Sequence record: DRR723986_1769
Length of the DNA: 64,000 bases
Strand: one strand, 5' to 3'
Part shown: positions 39,891 to 50,031 of the stretch, one piece after another
Layout of the letters: each line of letters opens with the position of its first letter
How positions within the stretch are numbered: the first letter of the stretch is position 1
The notes under the pieces: model-generated
The model's database searches: none
What the model saw: only the letters and a program-made list of their open reading frames with translations
Told to the model about the DNA's origin: nothing
Translations under genes and position numbers: made by a program

Positions 39891-41327
39891 ATGAAAAATA
39901 TAAACGCTATCAGCGTGCTAACCCTGGTGACGCTCAGCCTTGTTGGCTGCAAATCCGATTCGGCCAACCCCGCCGGCGAGAACAGTATTGGAGAGCCATC
40001 TACCGCAGCCATCCAAAAAGCAGACTGCGGCCCGGGCTCCCGCCCGGAAACCGGCATGCAGGGGCGGGTCACCCAAGAAGACCACGACAATGGGTATGCC
40101 GAGCAAGGCTTTACCTGTAACACCGAACTGGTGGGGTCATACATCGTACCGAATGCCATCGGCACCGTAGGCGGGTTTAAGGTGGAACGCTATGTCGATA
40201 CTGCCGGCCGCGAATGTGCGTACTACGACAGCACACTGATGTTCCCCACAAACTTCCTGGACCTGAATGCAGGGGTCAATGTGCTGGATATGAGTGACCC
40301 GGAACGACCTCTGCTCACCAGCAGGCTTATTTCCCCGGCGATGCTGTCACCTCACGAGTCGCTGGTCGTCTCTCAAGAGGCGGGAATACTTGCCGCTGTT
40401 ATGGGCAACGCGCTTGCCTACCCTGGCATTGTCGACGTTTACGATGTGTCTGAAGACTGCCGGTCGCCAAAACTACTCTCCTCAGCCTTAGTCGGTACGC
40501 TCGGTCACGAGAGCGGTATGACGCCGGATGGAAAAACATTCTACTCCGCGTCACCGAGCACCCCAACACTCACCGCTGTCGACCTCTCAAACCCGCGCCT
40601 GCCCCTGCCGCTTTGGTCGGGCAACTACAGCTCCCACGGCCTGTCCCTGTCCGATGACGGAAACCGGGCCTATCTCGCATCGGGCAACGATAACGGCCTG
40701 ATGATTATGGATGTTTCAGAAATTCAGGCGCGACTGCCCAACCCGCAGGTCTACGAAATCGCCAGCTTGTCTTGGGATAATCAAAGCATTCCACAAAATG
40801 CGATGCCATTTAGTCGCGATGGAAAACCCTTTCTTTTCGAAATTGATGAATTTTCCTCGAACAACGCCGGCCCCCCCTTTGGGGTCGCCTCCAATGGCAA
40901 AACGGTCGGTGCAGCCAGAATCATTGATATTAGCGATGAAACACGCCCCAGGGTGGTATCGAATCTGCGACTGGAGGTTCACCAGCCAGAAAACCGTGAG
41001 ACCATCGCGAACGACCCCGGCGCATCGAATATCATTGGCGGCTATGCCGGGCACTACTGCGCCGTTCCCACGCGCGTAGACCCAGACATTGCCGCATGCA
41101 GCATGATTCTGTCCGGGCTGCGAATTTTCGATATTCGCGACCCGCTGCACCCGCGAGAAATCGCATACTTCAATGCGCCGGTGCAGCCGCGAATATTAAC
41201 CGTTCCCGCACCTGCCAGTAATTGGGCAATGTCCAAACCCGCCTTCGTTCCCGAGCGCAAAGAAATTTGGTACACAGACGGCTTCAGTGGCTTTTATGCC
41301 ATCAGGGTCACCAATGGTGTTTGGTAA
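39891..41327 (+). CDS. LVIVD-repeat-like lipoprotein
   Basis: Lipobox LVGC; repeated VLDMSDP, AVDLSNP, IIDISDE, IFDIRDP strands. Confidence 0.75.
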   Translation: MKNINAISVLTLVTLSLVGCKSDSANPAGENSIGEPSTAAIQKADCGPGSRPETGMQGRVTQEDHDNGYAEQGFTCNTELVGSYIVPNAIGTVGGFKVERYVDTAGRECAYYDSTLMFPTNFLDLNAGVNVLDMSDPERPLLTSRLISPAMLSPHESLVVSQEAGILAAVMGNALAYPGIVDVYDVSEDCRSPKLLSSALVGTLGHESGMTPDGKTFYSASPSTPTLTAVDLSNPRLPLPLWSGNYSSHGLSLSDDGNRAYLASGNDNGLMIMDVSEIQARLPNPQVYEIASLSWDNQSIPQNAMPFSRDGKPFLFEIDEFSSNNAGPPFGVASNGKTVGAARIIDISDETRPRVVSNLRLEVHQPENRETIANDPGASNIIGGYAGHYCAVPTRVDPDIAACSMILSGLRIFDIRDPLHPREIAYFNAPVQPRILTVPAPASNWAMSKPAFVPERKEIWYTDGFSGFYAIRVTNGVW

Positions 41328-41404
41328 GCGCCTTCCGCGCCATGCATCACAACCAGAACCGACCGGCCACCGTAGAAGGAAGACACGTTTACAAGGACCA
41401 CACC

Positions 41405-41590
41405 ATGTTTTCGCTCTTCAAGAAAGACCCCGTCGCCAAGCTCAACAAGGCGTATCTGGCCAAACTGGAAAAAGCGATGCAGGCGCAGCGCAATGGCGAT
41501 ATTAAAGCGTATTCGATGATCACTGCCGAAGCCGAGCAGCTGGCAGACGAGATGCAAAAACTGAAGGAAGCTAAGGAGCCCTCACGCTGA
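41405..41590 (+). CDS. Small conserved protein (DUF6435-like)
   Basis: MFSLFKKDP..KL.K.Y..KLEKAMQAQRNGDI. Confidence 0.75.
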   Translation: MFSLFKKDPVAKLNKAYLAKLEKAMQAQRNGDIKAYSMITAEAEQLADEMQKLKEAKEPSR

Positions 41591-41660
41591 TTGAGGCGCT
41601 CTGCCAGCATCCAATGTCAGGGCGGAGCCCCCACAGTTGAATCGGCTAATTACCCGGCAA

Positions 41661-42884
41661 CTATCGCATCGAAATCGCCTCGTGTATCGGTAGCGGATGA
41701 GAGAGGTGGTAACCTTGCGCCTTGTCCACGCCTAGCGCCCGTAGCACCTCTAAATCTTCAGACGACTCAATACCCTCGGCAATAATTGAGCAACCAACCG
41801 AGCTTGCGAATGCGCAGAGCGCCTTGGCCAAGGCCAGCTTTCTGGGCTTGCAGTGAATATCATGCGTCAGACTGATGTCGAGCTTTATAATATCGGCACC
41901 TAGCTCCAGAACATGCTGAAAACTGGCATACCCTGCTCCCGCGTCGTCGATAGCGACACGAACGCCCATCTCGCGCAATACTTCTGTGGCAGCCGCAAGC
42001 TCCGTGTAGTCGCTGACAGGCGCGTGCTCGGTAACCTCCAAAACAACGCGCCGCGCATCAACCCCCAACAGTGCCTTGCGGACCGCACCGCTCGACACGT
42101 GATCAGGTGATGCATTGATGGAGATATAAATATCTTCTCTGAAACGGCTTAGCGCGCTTACCGCTTTTCGAATCGCCATCATTTCGAGCTCTTCACCCAA
42201 ATCGACCTGCGATGCCTCCGCAAACCAAATATCGGGCGACCGGTACGGCAGCGGCGAAAATCTAGACAGCGACTCGAAACCGACAACGCAATTTTCCTGC
42301 AAATTAATAATCGGCTGATAATAGATATCCAATTGCTCCTCGGCCAACACCGACTGAACCCGTCGCATCACTTCTGTCTTATTATTTTCAGCCGTAATAT
42401 TCCGCTCAATGAGGTCACCGGCAATCTCGGAAATGGCACTTAAAAACCGCAGATCTCGGCGATTCAAAGTCTCATCGGCGACGCTTTTGTAACAGCAGAA
42501 GGTTCCGTAAACATCACCTGTCGACAATACAATCGGCACCCCCATATAGGAGCCAATAGACAGCGCCTCGGTCACGGCCAGCTCTCGGGTCACCCTATTA
42601 CAGGACGTGTCGTGAATGATATTTTCAAGCTTGTTGTCAGCAATTCGTTTGCAATAGGTATCTTCTAAGGGGTCTGAGCCTCCGACAGACAGTGGAGGTT
42701 CACTGCCCTTAGCGTCAACAAACCGGAAAACGCGCTGCTCATCGATAAACTCCGAGACAAAGGCCACATCCATATCGAGGTGCCTCCGGAGGATTGAGAG
42801 TAGTTGTTGCAGCCTGTCGTAAAGCCCCTCATCGCATTGTTCTGTTAGAAGAACTGACTCTAAACCCGCATCTTCTTTGTCCAC
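41661..42884 (-). CDS. GAF + EAL c-di-GMP phosphodiesterase
   Basis: SYMGVPI..GTFC (GAF); YQPI, ESL, EVTE, DDAGAG, KLD, AEGIE, QGY (EAL). Confidence 0.88.
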   Translation of the reverse strand: MDKEDAGLESVLLTEQCDEGLYDRLQQLLSILRRHLDMDVAFVSEFIDEQRVFRFVDAKGSEPPLSVGGSDPLEDTYCKRIADNKLENIIHDTSCNRVTRELAVTEALSIGSYMGVPIVLSTGDVYGTFCCYKSVADETLNRRDLRFLSAISEIAGDLIERNITAENNKTEVMRRVQSVLAEEQLDIYYQPIINLQENCVVGFESLSRFSPLPYRSPDIWFAEASQVDLGEELEMMAIRKAVSALSRFREDIYISINASPDHVSSGAVRKALLGVDARRVVLEVTEHAPVSDYTELAAATEVLREMGVRVAIDDAGAGYASFQHVLELGADIIKLDISLTHDIHCKPRKLALAKALCAFASSVGCSIIAEGIESSEDLEVLRALGVDKAQGYHLSHPLPIHEAISMR

Positions 42885-43206
42885 CTAACGTGCCCTGCGC
42901 GTCGAATACATCAATAAGGTAAAAGAGTAGACGCCCCCATCAAGACTCACAACTCCGGGCAGCAGATAAATTCAAACGCTAACGGACTCCCCTCAGCGGA
43001 AGCACGGCACCTGAAAACACGTTGATCGCCGGCAACCTCGCGGGCTAGCCGAGCCCCATATAGCGCCAATGTCATTCGCAAGAAAATGGACAAGCGAGGC
43101 TGCGCTGCACCCGCTTACACAATATGACCAAAATTCCGGATGTTCGGCCAAATTCACGGCCACCCCCTGCGCCAGGATAAGACCATGTTTCAGGGAGGCC
43201 CCGCCA

Positions 43207-43503
43207 ATGAATACCGACAGTACTCAAACCAGACTTTCGCTCTATCACTACCCGGCATGTCCCTTTTGTGCCTACACCCGCGCGGCGATCAAAAGCTTGA
43301 AGCTGGACGTGGCGCAACGGGACATTGCCGTTAACACAGGTTATCGCCGAGAGCTTCGTCAGGGCGGCGGCAAAACGCAGGTTCCCTGTCTGAAAATCGA
43401 GACGGGTGGCCAAGTGAAATGGCTGTATGAGTCCCAGGACATCGTCAATTTTCTCAGCCGTCACACCACCGCTCACAGAGCAAAGAAAGGGGGAAAACGA
43501 TGA
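43207..43503 (+). CDS. Glutaredoxin
   Basis: CPFC, GGKTQVPCL, WLYESQDI. Confidence 0.85.
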   Translation: MNTDSTQTRLSLYHYPACPFCAYTRAAIKSLKLDVAQRDIAVNTGYRRELRQGGGKTQVPCLKIETGGQVKWLYESQDIVNFLSRHTTAHRAKKGGKR

Positions 43504-44093
43504 GCCTCTCCACCCCGCAAACACAGCACACCCCACACAACTGGCAGCACGACCGGGTCCTTGCCGAGCGCCTTAAGCGCGGCGACAGAAAGGCCTATGC
43601 CAGTGCCTACCGCGACTATCACCCCGCCATGGTCGGCATCGCCCGCCAGTATGTGGAGCACAGCCTTGCCGAGGATGCCGCCCAGAGTGCATGGGTTGCC
43701 GCGCTAGAGCGAATGCATCAGTTCGAGGGTCGCTCAACGCTTAAAACCTGGCTGTGTCGCATCACCATTAACATGGCCCTCACCGCACGCCGAAAACACC
43801 GGAAAGAAATTACCGTGTCGGCGGTCCGCTGGTCAGCCTTGGCCGACGAGAATCATCGCAGTCACCCTGACGATGCGCTGAGTGACCCTGAACTCGCCCT
43901 GGATACCGCCCGCACATTGCACAACGTGGATGAAAAAATGCGGCGCATGAACCGCGCCCAGGCTAACGCGCTTTACCTCCGCGCCACTAGCGCCATCGAC
44001 GGCAAACAAATCTCAGAGAGCCTGGCACTTTCTCACGCCAATATGCGCGTGATGCTTCACCGCGCGCGAAACCAACTCTCGCCATGCCGCTAG
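43500..44093 (+). CDS. ECF RNA polymerase sigma factor
   Basis: AEDAAQ, FEGRSTLKTWL (region 2), RVMLHRAR (region 4). Confidence 0.85.
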   Translation: MSLSTPQTQHTPHNWQHDRVLAERLKRGDRKAYASAYRDYHPAMVGIARQYVEHSLAEDAAQSAWVAALERMHQFEGRSTLKTWLCRITINMALTARRKHRKEITVSAVRWSALADENHRSHPDDALSDPELALDTARTLHNVDEKMRRMNRAQANALYLRATSAIDGKQISESLALSHANMRVMLHRARNQLSPCR

Positions 44094-44162
44094 CGGCGCG
44101 CTCATCACCATGTCGCACAAATCCAGCGACCCAACTTCCACTACCTTCTGGTTCATAACGCT

Positions 44163-44942
44163 ATGAAACACTTGCTCAAGCGCCTATCCATTACCCTTGG
44201 CAGCGCGCTACTGCTCACATCACACATCACCCTTGCTGCGGAGTACCCACAACTCATTCAGCACATACTGAATCGTGGCCTAAGCGTAGTTGCCGACTTC
44301 GACGCCACGCCCGACATGAGGGGCTATATTCTGGAATCGCAAGGCAAGCCGATCACCGTCTATGTGAGCAAAGATAAGCAGCACGCCTTTGTCGGCACCC
44401 ATATCGACCAAGACGGCAACAATCTCTCCGCTGAGACAATCGATGCCGTGTACTACCCCGCCAAGGAGCGTCAAACCTGGGCCGAGCTTGCATCGAGCCA
44501 CTGGGTGGCCAACGGCGAGCATAGCGCAGCAACGATTATCTACGCCTTTTACGACCCAAACTGCCCCTACTGCCAAGCCTTCCGCGAAGCCGCTAGCCCC
44601 TGGATTCAGTCGGGACAGGTTCAGCTCAGGCACATTCTGGTTGGTGTACTAACGCCCAGCAGCTTGCCCAAAGCCGCGACCATATTGGGTGCTGTAAACC
44701 CGCACACCTCGTATATGCAAAACGTGGCGCAACATAAACACGGCGGCATTGCGGTGCAGGAAAGCGCTCGCATACGCGGCGAACCACAGGTGCGGGCCAA
44801 CAACCAACTAATGCAAAAACTTGGCGTGCCAGCCACGCCAGGCATCTACTACAAAGATGCCAAGGGTCGGCTACATAGGCACTTGGGCATGCCGCCAACG
44901 CACACGCTAAACCTGATGATGGAGGGGGCAGCAAAGCCTTGA
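44163..44942 (+). CDS. dsbG: Thiol:disulfide interchange protein DsbG
   Basis: Signal peptide, DPNCPYC, VQLRHILVG, ATP cis-Pro motif. Confidence 0.85.
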   Translation: MKHLLKRLSITLGSALLLTSHITLAAEYPQLIQHILNRGLSVVADFDATPDMRGYILESQGKPITVYVSKDKQHAFVGTHIDQDGNNLSAETIDAVYYPAKERQTWAELASSHWVANGEHSAATIIYAFYDPNCPYCQAFREAASPWIQSGQVQLRHILVGVLTPSSLPKAATILGAVNPHTSYMQNVAQHKHGGIAVQESARIRGEPQVRANNQLMQKLGVPATPGIYYKDAKGRLHRHLGMPPTHTLNLMMEGAAKP

Positions 44943-44998
44943 GGCGGTATGGCTGGCGCGACCAGAAAGCCGGAGATAGCGCACTTCACCGGCGCGGC

Positions 44999-45865
44999 CT
45001 ATCCATTCAACTGCGCGTCCACCCACTCCAAAAAGCGCACGGCGCCGCGCGTTTCAAAGCTGTTTTTATTCGGTACGTAGTAACACAGGCTGGAAGTCAC
45101 CTCCCGCGTGTCAACGCTTTGCAGCAGCTTGGCATCCACTAAGCGCTTAGCGAGCGTTGTTGAACAAAACACCAGCCCGCGCCCGGCCATTGCCTGCTGA
45201 ATCCCAAATAATTCCTGGTCAAAGGGAACACAGTTAAGCTTTGCACCATGCAGCCCATTTTCTTCAAGCCAAGCAGTGAGCGGCGGCTCCGGCAAGGCAG
45301 TATTTTTCCACTGCGTGGTAAACAGGGTAATTCCCTCGCTCCACCCGCCAGGAGCCGCCATTCCGGGAGCGCCAAAGACATTAAATGACTCGTGTCGAAT
45401 GATATCCGAGGGCTCAACTCTCGCCGCATCGCCATAGCGAACAGGCAAAATGTAAGACTGGCTATCCACTGACTCGCCTGTCGATATCTCCAGAGAGATA
45501 CCCGGGTTCGCCTGTTCAAATTCGTGCTGAGCGGGAATCAGCGCCATCGCCGCCAACGACGAGGTCGTTGTCACCCGTATCGCTGTGCCCGCCCTCATCA
45601 CCTCATCCAGGGCATTATCAATTTTACGAAACCCTTCGGAGGTTGCCTTTGCCAGGCGCGCCCCTGTTCCGGTTAACGCAATGCGCCTGCCATGGCGATG
45701 AAATAAACTGACCGACAAGCGCCCCTCCAAATTACTGATGTGGTGGGAGATCGCCGTTGGCGTTAGCGACAGTTCCTCAGCGGCCAACTTAAAACTGCCC
45801 AAACGGGCAGCAGATTCAAACGCTTTAAGTGCCTGCAACGATACTTGCAACGTCCACCTCCCCAA
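44999..45865 (-). CDS. LysR family regulator (GcvA-like)
   Basis: LKAFESAARLGSFKLAAEELSLTPTAISH. Confidence 0.9.
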   Translation of the reverse strand: MGRWTLQVSLQALKAFESAARLGSFKLAAEELSLTPTAISHHISNLEGRLSVSLFHRHGRRIALTGTGARLAKATSEGFRKIDNALDEVMRAGTAIRVTTTSSLAAMALIPAQHEFEQANPGISLEISTGESVDSQSYILPVRYGDAARVEPSDIIRHESFNVFGAPGMAAPGGWSEGITLFTTQWKNTALPEPPLTAWLEENGLHGAKLNCVPFDQELFGIQQAMAGRGLVFCSTTLAKRLVDAKLLQSVDTREVTSSLCYYVPNKNSFETRGAVRFLEWVDAQLNG

Positions 45866-45884
45866 CAGTAAGCACTGAGACTTT

Positions 45885-45903
45885 AGATGAGTTTAGTTCA
45901 TCT
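45885..45903. promoter_or_regulatory. LysR-type T-N11-A binding site
   Basis: AGATGA-N7-TCATCT dyad between the divergent LysR and azoR genes. Confidence 0.6.
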
Positions 45904-45983
45904 GTAAGTATGTTTTTATCGTTTGTTCACCCACCCACAGCGACACAAAATATCCCTGTCACTAACTGGGCGAGAGAACGGCC

Positions 45984-46688
45984 ATGACAGCATTACTCCA
46001 TATAGATTCAAGCGTAAGAGCAGCAAGCAACCCGAACCCCGAGCATGACTCCCTGTCGAAAAATATCGCGCGGCGATTTATCGAAACATGGAAACAACAC
46101 CGACCTCTAGATGAATATATCTACAGAGATGTTGGCATAAACCCACCGGCATTTATCAACCAAGACTGGATTGGCGCGGTATTTACCCCCGAGCACAACC
46201 GCAGCCCGGCACAACAGCAAACACTGGCCCTCTCCGATGAACTGATCGCAGAGGTCGCAGCGGCCGACGTCATCGTTATTTCCTCACCAATGTACAACTA
46301 CGGCATGCCCGCCCAACTTAAAGCCTGGTTCGACCAAATTGTGCGGATCAATAAAACCTTCGACTTTGACCTATCCCGCGGCGACCACCCCTTGCAGCCA
46401 CTGCTATCTGGCAAAACCCTAATCATCGTGACGTCCACGGGGGAATTCGGCTTTGAAAAGGGCGGTATACGCGAGCACTCCGCCCACCTGGTTCCCCACC
46501 TGAAAACGCTCAGCAAATATTTAGGCGTGGAAACCAGCTACGAAATCGCCTCTGAATACCAGGAATTTGGCGACGACAGGCACCGCCGCTCACTCACCAA
46601 GGCAAAGGCCCGTGCCGAGCACCTTGCAGCCGAGCTATGCGGCGCTATGCCGACGCAATCGCCCACAACGGAGGTAAAAAGTGCATAA
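45984..46688 (+). CDS. azoR: FMN-dependent NADH-azoreductase
   Basis: LLHIDSS, PMYNYGMPAQLKAWFD. Confidence 0.85.
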   Translation: MTALLHIDSSVRAASNPNPEHDSLSKNIARRFIETWKQHRPLDEYIYRDVGINPPAFINQDWIGAVFTPEHNRSPAQQQTLALSDELIAEVAAADVIVISSPMYNYGMPAQLKAWFDQIVRINKTFDFDLSRGDHPLQPLLSGKTLIIVTSTGEFGFEKGGIREHSAHLVPHLKTLSKYLGVETSYEIASEYQEFGDDRHRRSLTKAKARAEHLAAELCGAMPTQSPTTEVKSA

Positions 46689-47163
46689 CGCCCTCGAAGG
46701 CCGCCTGCGACAGCATGCAGAAAGCACCATCGAGCTAGCGATTCAGCACGCCAATGCCGGTGGCCTGCCCTTTTCCGCACTGATTATCAATGCACAAGGG
46801 GAAGTCATCGGCGAAGGCGTCAACCAGGTCGCCCAACAGCTCGACTGCACCGCCCACGCCGAAGTGCAGGCAATACGAAACGCCTCACGCAATACGCGCC
46901 GCGTTGCGTTACACGGCGCGACACTCATTGCCTCCGGCGAGCCCTGCGCGCTCTGTTTTATGGCCATCCATATGGCCGGTATCAAAAACGTGATCTGCCT
47001 TTCGAGCCGGCATGATGCCGCCGACCACGGCTTCGACTACCGATGGACCTACCGACACATAAACACCAGCCTACTGAATGCGCTGAACGTGGTGATGTTG
47101 GAGAACGACAGGAAACTGCTGCCATTTCAGGTTGCAAAACAGCAATTACGTAACAGTAATTAA
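46681..47163 (+). CDS. Nucleoside/guanine deaminase family protein
   Basis: PFSA, HAE and EPCxxC zinc motifs. Confidence 0.88.
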   Translation: MHNALEGRLRQHAESTIELAIQHANAGGLPFSALIINAQGEVIGEGVNQVAQQLDCTAHAEVQAIRNASRNTRRVALHGATLIASGEPCALCFMAIHMAGIKNVICLSSRHDAADHGFDYRWTYRHINTSLLNALNVVMLENDRKLLPFQVAKQQLRNSN

Positions 47164-47224
47164 GCCAACAGTACCAAGAGGGAGAAACGACGAAATAAAA
47201 CCGAAAGCTGCAGCGACTGAAACG

Positions 47225-47758
47225 CTACCAAAGCCCAGGGTCATTGAGCGCCTCAACACACCGTGTGGGGCCACTCATCGCCTGAACCGCACCGCCATCG
47301 AGCGACTGCGCCAACCAGCCAATCGGCTGACTCAAGGGACATGGGGCTTTTACTATCGCTTCGGTGATCTGCTCAAAGCCCACTTTGGAATAATAGCCGG
47401 GGTCGCCATAGGTAAACACCAACTCAACTCCAAGCGATTTAAGATGATCCAAACCGTATCGAATAAGCGCCTGGCCGATCCCTTTGCCCTGCACATCCGT
47501 TGATACCGCAACCGGCGACAAAATAAAGGCACGCCGCCCGCTCGGCACAATAAGCTGACTAAAGAAAATACCGCCAACAACAGCATCGCCTTCCCATGCA
47601 GTAAAGCCAATAACCGCAGACGGGGGTGTTGTTGAAATCAGGTCCTTAACGAAATCCGCAATCACCTGCCCTTCTGCCTCTCCTTCAGCATCTGAGAAAA
47701 CCCGCTGAAATAGCGCGACAACGGGCCCTATATTGGATTCATTGAATAGCTTAAACAT
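47225..47758 (-). CDS. GNAT N-acetyltransferase (probable distal cassette 11)
   Basis: LSPVAV...QGKGIGQALI, GDPGYYSKVGF. Confidence 0.85.
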   Translation of the reverse strand: MFKLFNESNIGPVVALFQRVFSDAEGEAEGQVIADFVKDLISTTPPSAVIGFTAWEGDAVVGGIFFSQLIVPSGRRAFILSPVAVSTDVQGKGIGQALIRYGLDHLKSLGVELVFTYGDPGYYSKVGFEQITEAIVKAPCPLSQPIGWLAQSLDGGAVQAMSGPTRCVEALNDPGLW

Positions 47759-47774
47759 CACGGCTTGCACCTCG

Positions 47775-47916
47775 CAGCAACGCAAGTAAAGCGGACATGT
47801 GGCCGGCTCGGTGGTCCCCCCAATCTCTCGTGTAGAGTTACACCCGACGTATGCGTTCCGCACTACTTATTAGAAAGTGCACATCAAATCGGGGGTAATG
47901 TGCCTGCTTGTTATGT
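47775..47916 (-). other. Degenerate attC site
   Basis: R'' ACATAAC overlaps the stop of the 47911-48657 gene; putative R' GTTGCTG before the GNAT gene; long and weakly paired. Confidence 0.45.
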
Positions 47917-48657
47917 GTCTGTTGAAATGTCGTCCCACTCTTGCCCCATGTAGCCGATAAGCCAATTTAAAGTGTAATGCCTTTCCAATACGACACTTGG
48001 ATCAAGCGCTGACGGAGCGGGTTGCCCTTTAATTCGAGCATCTACGACAGCCCAATGATATCGATATATTAAATCCGCCTCATCTAAGATTTCAGAGATG
48101 GACCTTAAATCTGCATCAGCGACGAACTGCTCTTTAGTTCTCTCATGGAGAGCGGCAACAGCAGCCGTTACGTTACAAATCTCGTTAGGATAGGACAGCT
48201 CATCAACATACCCTAACACCCAAAGAAGCACCCAAGCAGCCTCATAACGCCAGATGAACTGAGTTTTATCATGATAGGAAGGAGACTTCTCTGAAATAAA
48301 CTCCATCTCTTTTGGCGATAGAACATTCTTTAAACCATAGTCTTCCACTAATTGATCGACAATTTCCTGTTCTAAGCCTTCCGCTTTTACTGCAACAACA
48401 ATGAGCGCCATTACCCTCTCGGCAATCTCACCTTTACTTCTTACCAAAGCTTCGCTTTCATCTTCAATATATGGAAGGCTCTCATTTATTGGAACGTTGT
48501 TTTTGTGGAGAACAGCTTCTGAACTAGCTTTTCGCTCTGCAGATGCCATAGAAAATTTAGTTTCCACCTTCTTGATGTGGATTCTCCTTTCACTGAGATC
48601 CGATGCACTAACATTAATAACGAAAAATATCGCAATAACCGTTAGTACTATTTTCAT
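47911..48657 (-). CDS. DUF4272-like protein with signal peptide (cassette 10)
   Basis: WRYE...LLWVLG, ILDEADLIYRYHWA, VVLERHYTLNWL. Confidence 0.8.
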   Translation of the reverse strand: MKIVLTVIAIFFVINVSASDLSERRIHIKKVETKFSMASAERKASSEAVLHKNNVPINESLPYIEDESEALVRSKGEIAERVMALIVVAVKAEGLEQEIVDQLVEDYGLKNVLSPKEMEFISEKSPSYHDKTQFIWRYEAAWVLLWVLGYVDELSYPNEICNVTAAVAALHERTKEQFVADADLRSISEILDEADLIYRYHWAVVDARIKGQPAPSALDPSVVLERHYTLNWLIGYMGQEWDDISTDT

Positions 48658-48678
48658 TTTAAATCCCTATTCGCCTTC

Positions 48679-48734
48679 ACATACCACACAGCTACATAGC
48701 ACCGCTTTTCGCCTCTTTAAGCGCTTTTTTACGC
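48679..48734 (-). other. Degenerate attC site
   Basis: R'' reads GCGTAAA (AAC changed to AAA); R' reads GGTATGTG, one change from the GTTATGTG expected from the cassette's CACATAAC. Confidence 0.5.
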
Positions 48735-48736
48735 AT

Positions 48737-49180
48737 TTACTCCTCAACCATTGTAAGCGCTATCTTTACTAATTTAGAAAAATCGGAATCGCATCCCTTG
48801 TGCGAGTATAGAGTTAAAATTGGCCCATCAACCCAAAACCGTCGAACGAACCAAACACCCACCTCCCCAGCACTCCCATCATACTCAGAAGCTCTACAAA
48901 CCCAAAAAACACCCTCTTTTTTTCCGCTAGAAATAAATATCGTGCCATCAGGGTCGTCGAAAAATCCTCTCCTAAAAGATTGGACGAAGTCTTTACCTGA
49001 GTCGTAGCCCCAGGCAGATTTTGAAATGAGCTCGCCGATTTTTTTATCCGACGAATAAATTACAGGACCTTTTATTTCCCAGCCATCAGGAGCAATAAGT
49101 GAAATATTTTTGTACACCAGCTCTCCAGAAGAAACCTCACCAGAAAGCCATAGAAAAATAACGCATATATATTTCTTCAT
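48737..49180 (-). CDS. Secreted hypothetical protein (cassette 9)
   Basis: AT-rich 147-aa ORF with a signal peptide. Confidence 0.7.
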   Translation of the reverse strand: MKKYICVIFLWLSGEVSSGELVYKNISLIAPDGWEIKGPVIYSSDKKIGELISKSAWGYDSGKDFVQSFRRGFFDDPDGTIFISSGKKEGVFWVCRASEYDGSAGEVGVWFVRRFWVDGPILTLYSHKGCDSDFSKLVKIALTMVEE

Positions 49181-49191
49181 AGCCTTTTACC

Positions 49192-49271
49192 CGCAAAGCC
49201 GCCAGCCACCGCGAGATTAAACCAGAACGGCACGTAGACGAAATTGGCCGACTTACCCGCCCATGTTAGAC
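49192..49271 (-). other. Partly degenerate attC site
   Basis: R'' GTCTAAC just after the stop; R' not intact. Confidence 0.5.
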
Positions 49272-49272
49272 C

Positions 49273-49608
49273 TTATGCTATAACCCGCTTTTTATAGCGA
49301 TTTATTGCTATAAACCCCGGCGCGTACAACACCACAACAAACGCTCCCATGATCAAGCTCTCTACCGAATCACCCGTTCCTGCAAGAATGTAAACCCACC
49401 AAAATACGCAAACGTAGAAGATCGCAGCAGCTAATTTCGTTGACACCAAGGCTTTTTCGAAAGCGAAACAGAAAAGCGGGAACGCAAACGCCACAGAAAA
49501 TGTAGCCTTGAGGATACATAGAAGGATACCAGCGCCAGAAAAAGCATCCACCGCAATCTCTGACGAAACCAGAACCACATAAAATACAAAGTAGAGCTTC
49601 CAGCCCAT
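49273..49608 (-). CDS. Small 4-TM membrane protein (cassette 8)
   Basis: Hydrophobic ORF; cassette bounded by GTTAAACC...GGTCTAAC. Confidence 0.7.
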   Translation of the reverse strand: MGWKLYFVFYVVLVSSEIAVDAFSGAGILLCILKATFSVAFAFPLFCFAFEKALVSTKLAAAIFYVCVFWWVYILAGTGDSVESLIMGAFVVVLYAPGFIAINRYKKRVIA

Positions 49609-49645
49609 TTTATTGCCTAATCCCAGCGCCATAACATCACTATAG

Positions 49646-49718
49646 GTTTAACGCCGCAAGCAAAGGCCAGCGTTAGCGAGTCCAGACCTCAGGGCTATTT
49701 TGCCTCGCCTTGTTATAC
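49646..49718 (-). other. attC site
   Basis: Minus strand GTATAAC...GTTAAAC, 73 bp, internal imperfect stem. Confidence 0.8.
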
Positions 49719-49724
49719 GTTTGC

Positions 49725-50021
49725 TCACGGCTGCGCCTGAATTACTTGGCATAAAGCCGTAAGATTATTATGGAAATCTTTTTCAGTACCCTCGGGAACA
49801 ATTGGCTCCAACATTACCCAAGTATTGTTACCTTGCCAGGACTCAACTGAGCCAAAACCTTCCTCAGCGTCCCACGAGATCATAAACTGATTTTCGCCTG
49901 CCGCATAAACACAATGGACAGAACCACAATAGTCAGTCTCTGTATCAGGCTTAACTTCTTCGTAGCCCGCCTTAGAAAGCAGCTCTGCAATGTGATTTTT
50001 TATCTTGTGATATTCGTGCAT
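49725..50021 (-). CDS. Hypothetical protein (cassette 7)
   Basis: Acidic 98-aa ORF bounded by GTTATACGT...ACGTATAAC. Confidence 0.75.
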   Translation of the reverse strand: MHEYHKIKNHIAELLSKAGYEEVKPDTETDYCGSVHCVYAAGENQFMISWDAEEGFGSVESWQGNNTWVMLEPIVPEGTEKDFHNNLTALCQVIQAQP

Positions 50022-50031
50022 TCTGGTCTAC

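Noticed and set aside
41600-42900. GAF-EAL gene as a stray integron cassette (GTTAGGT overlaps its GTG start)
   Set aside because: No complementary ACCTAAC or attC-like stem follows the stop; probably chance.
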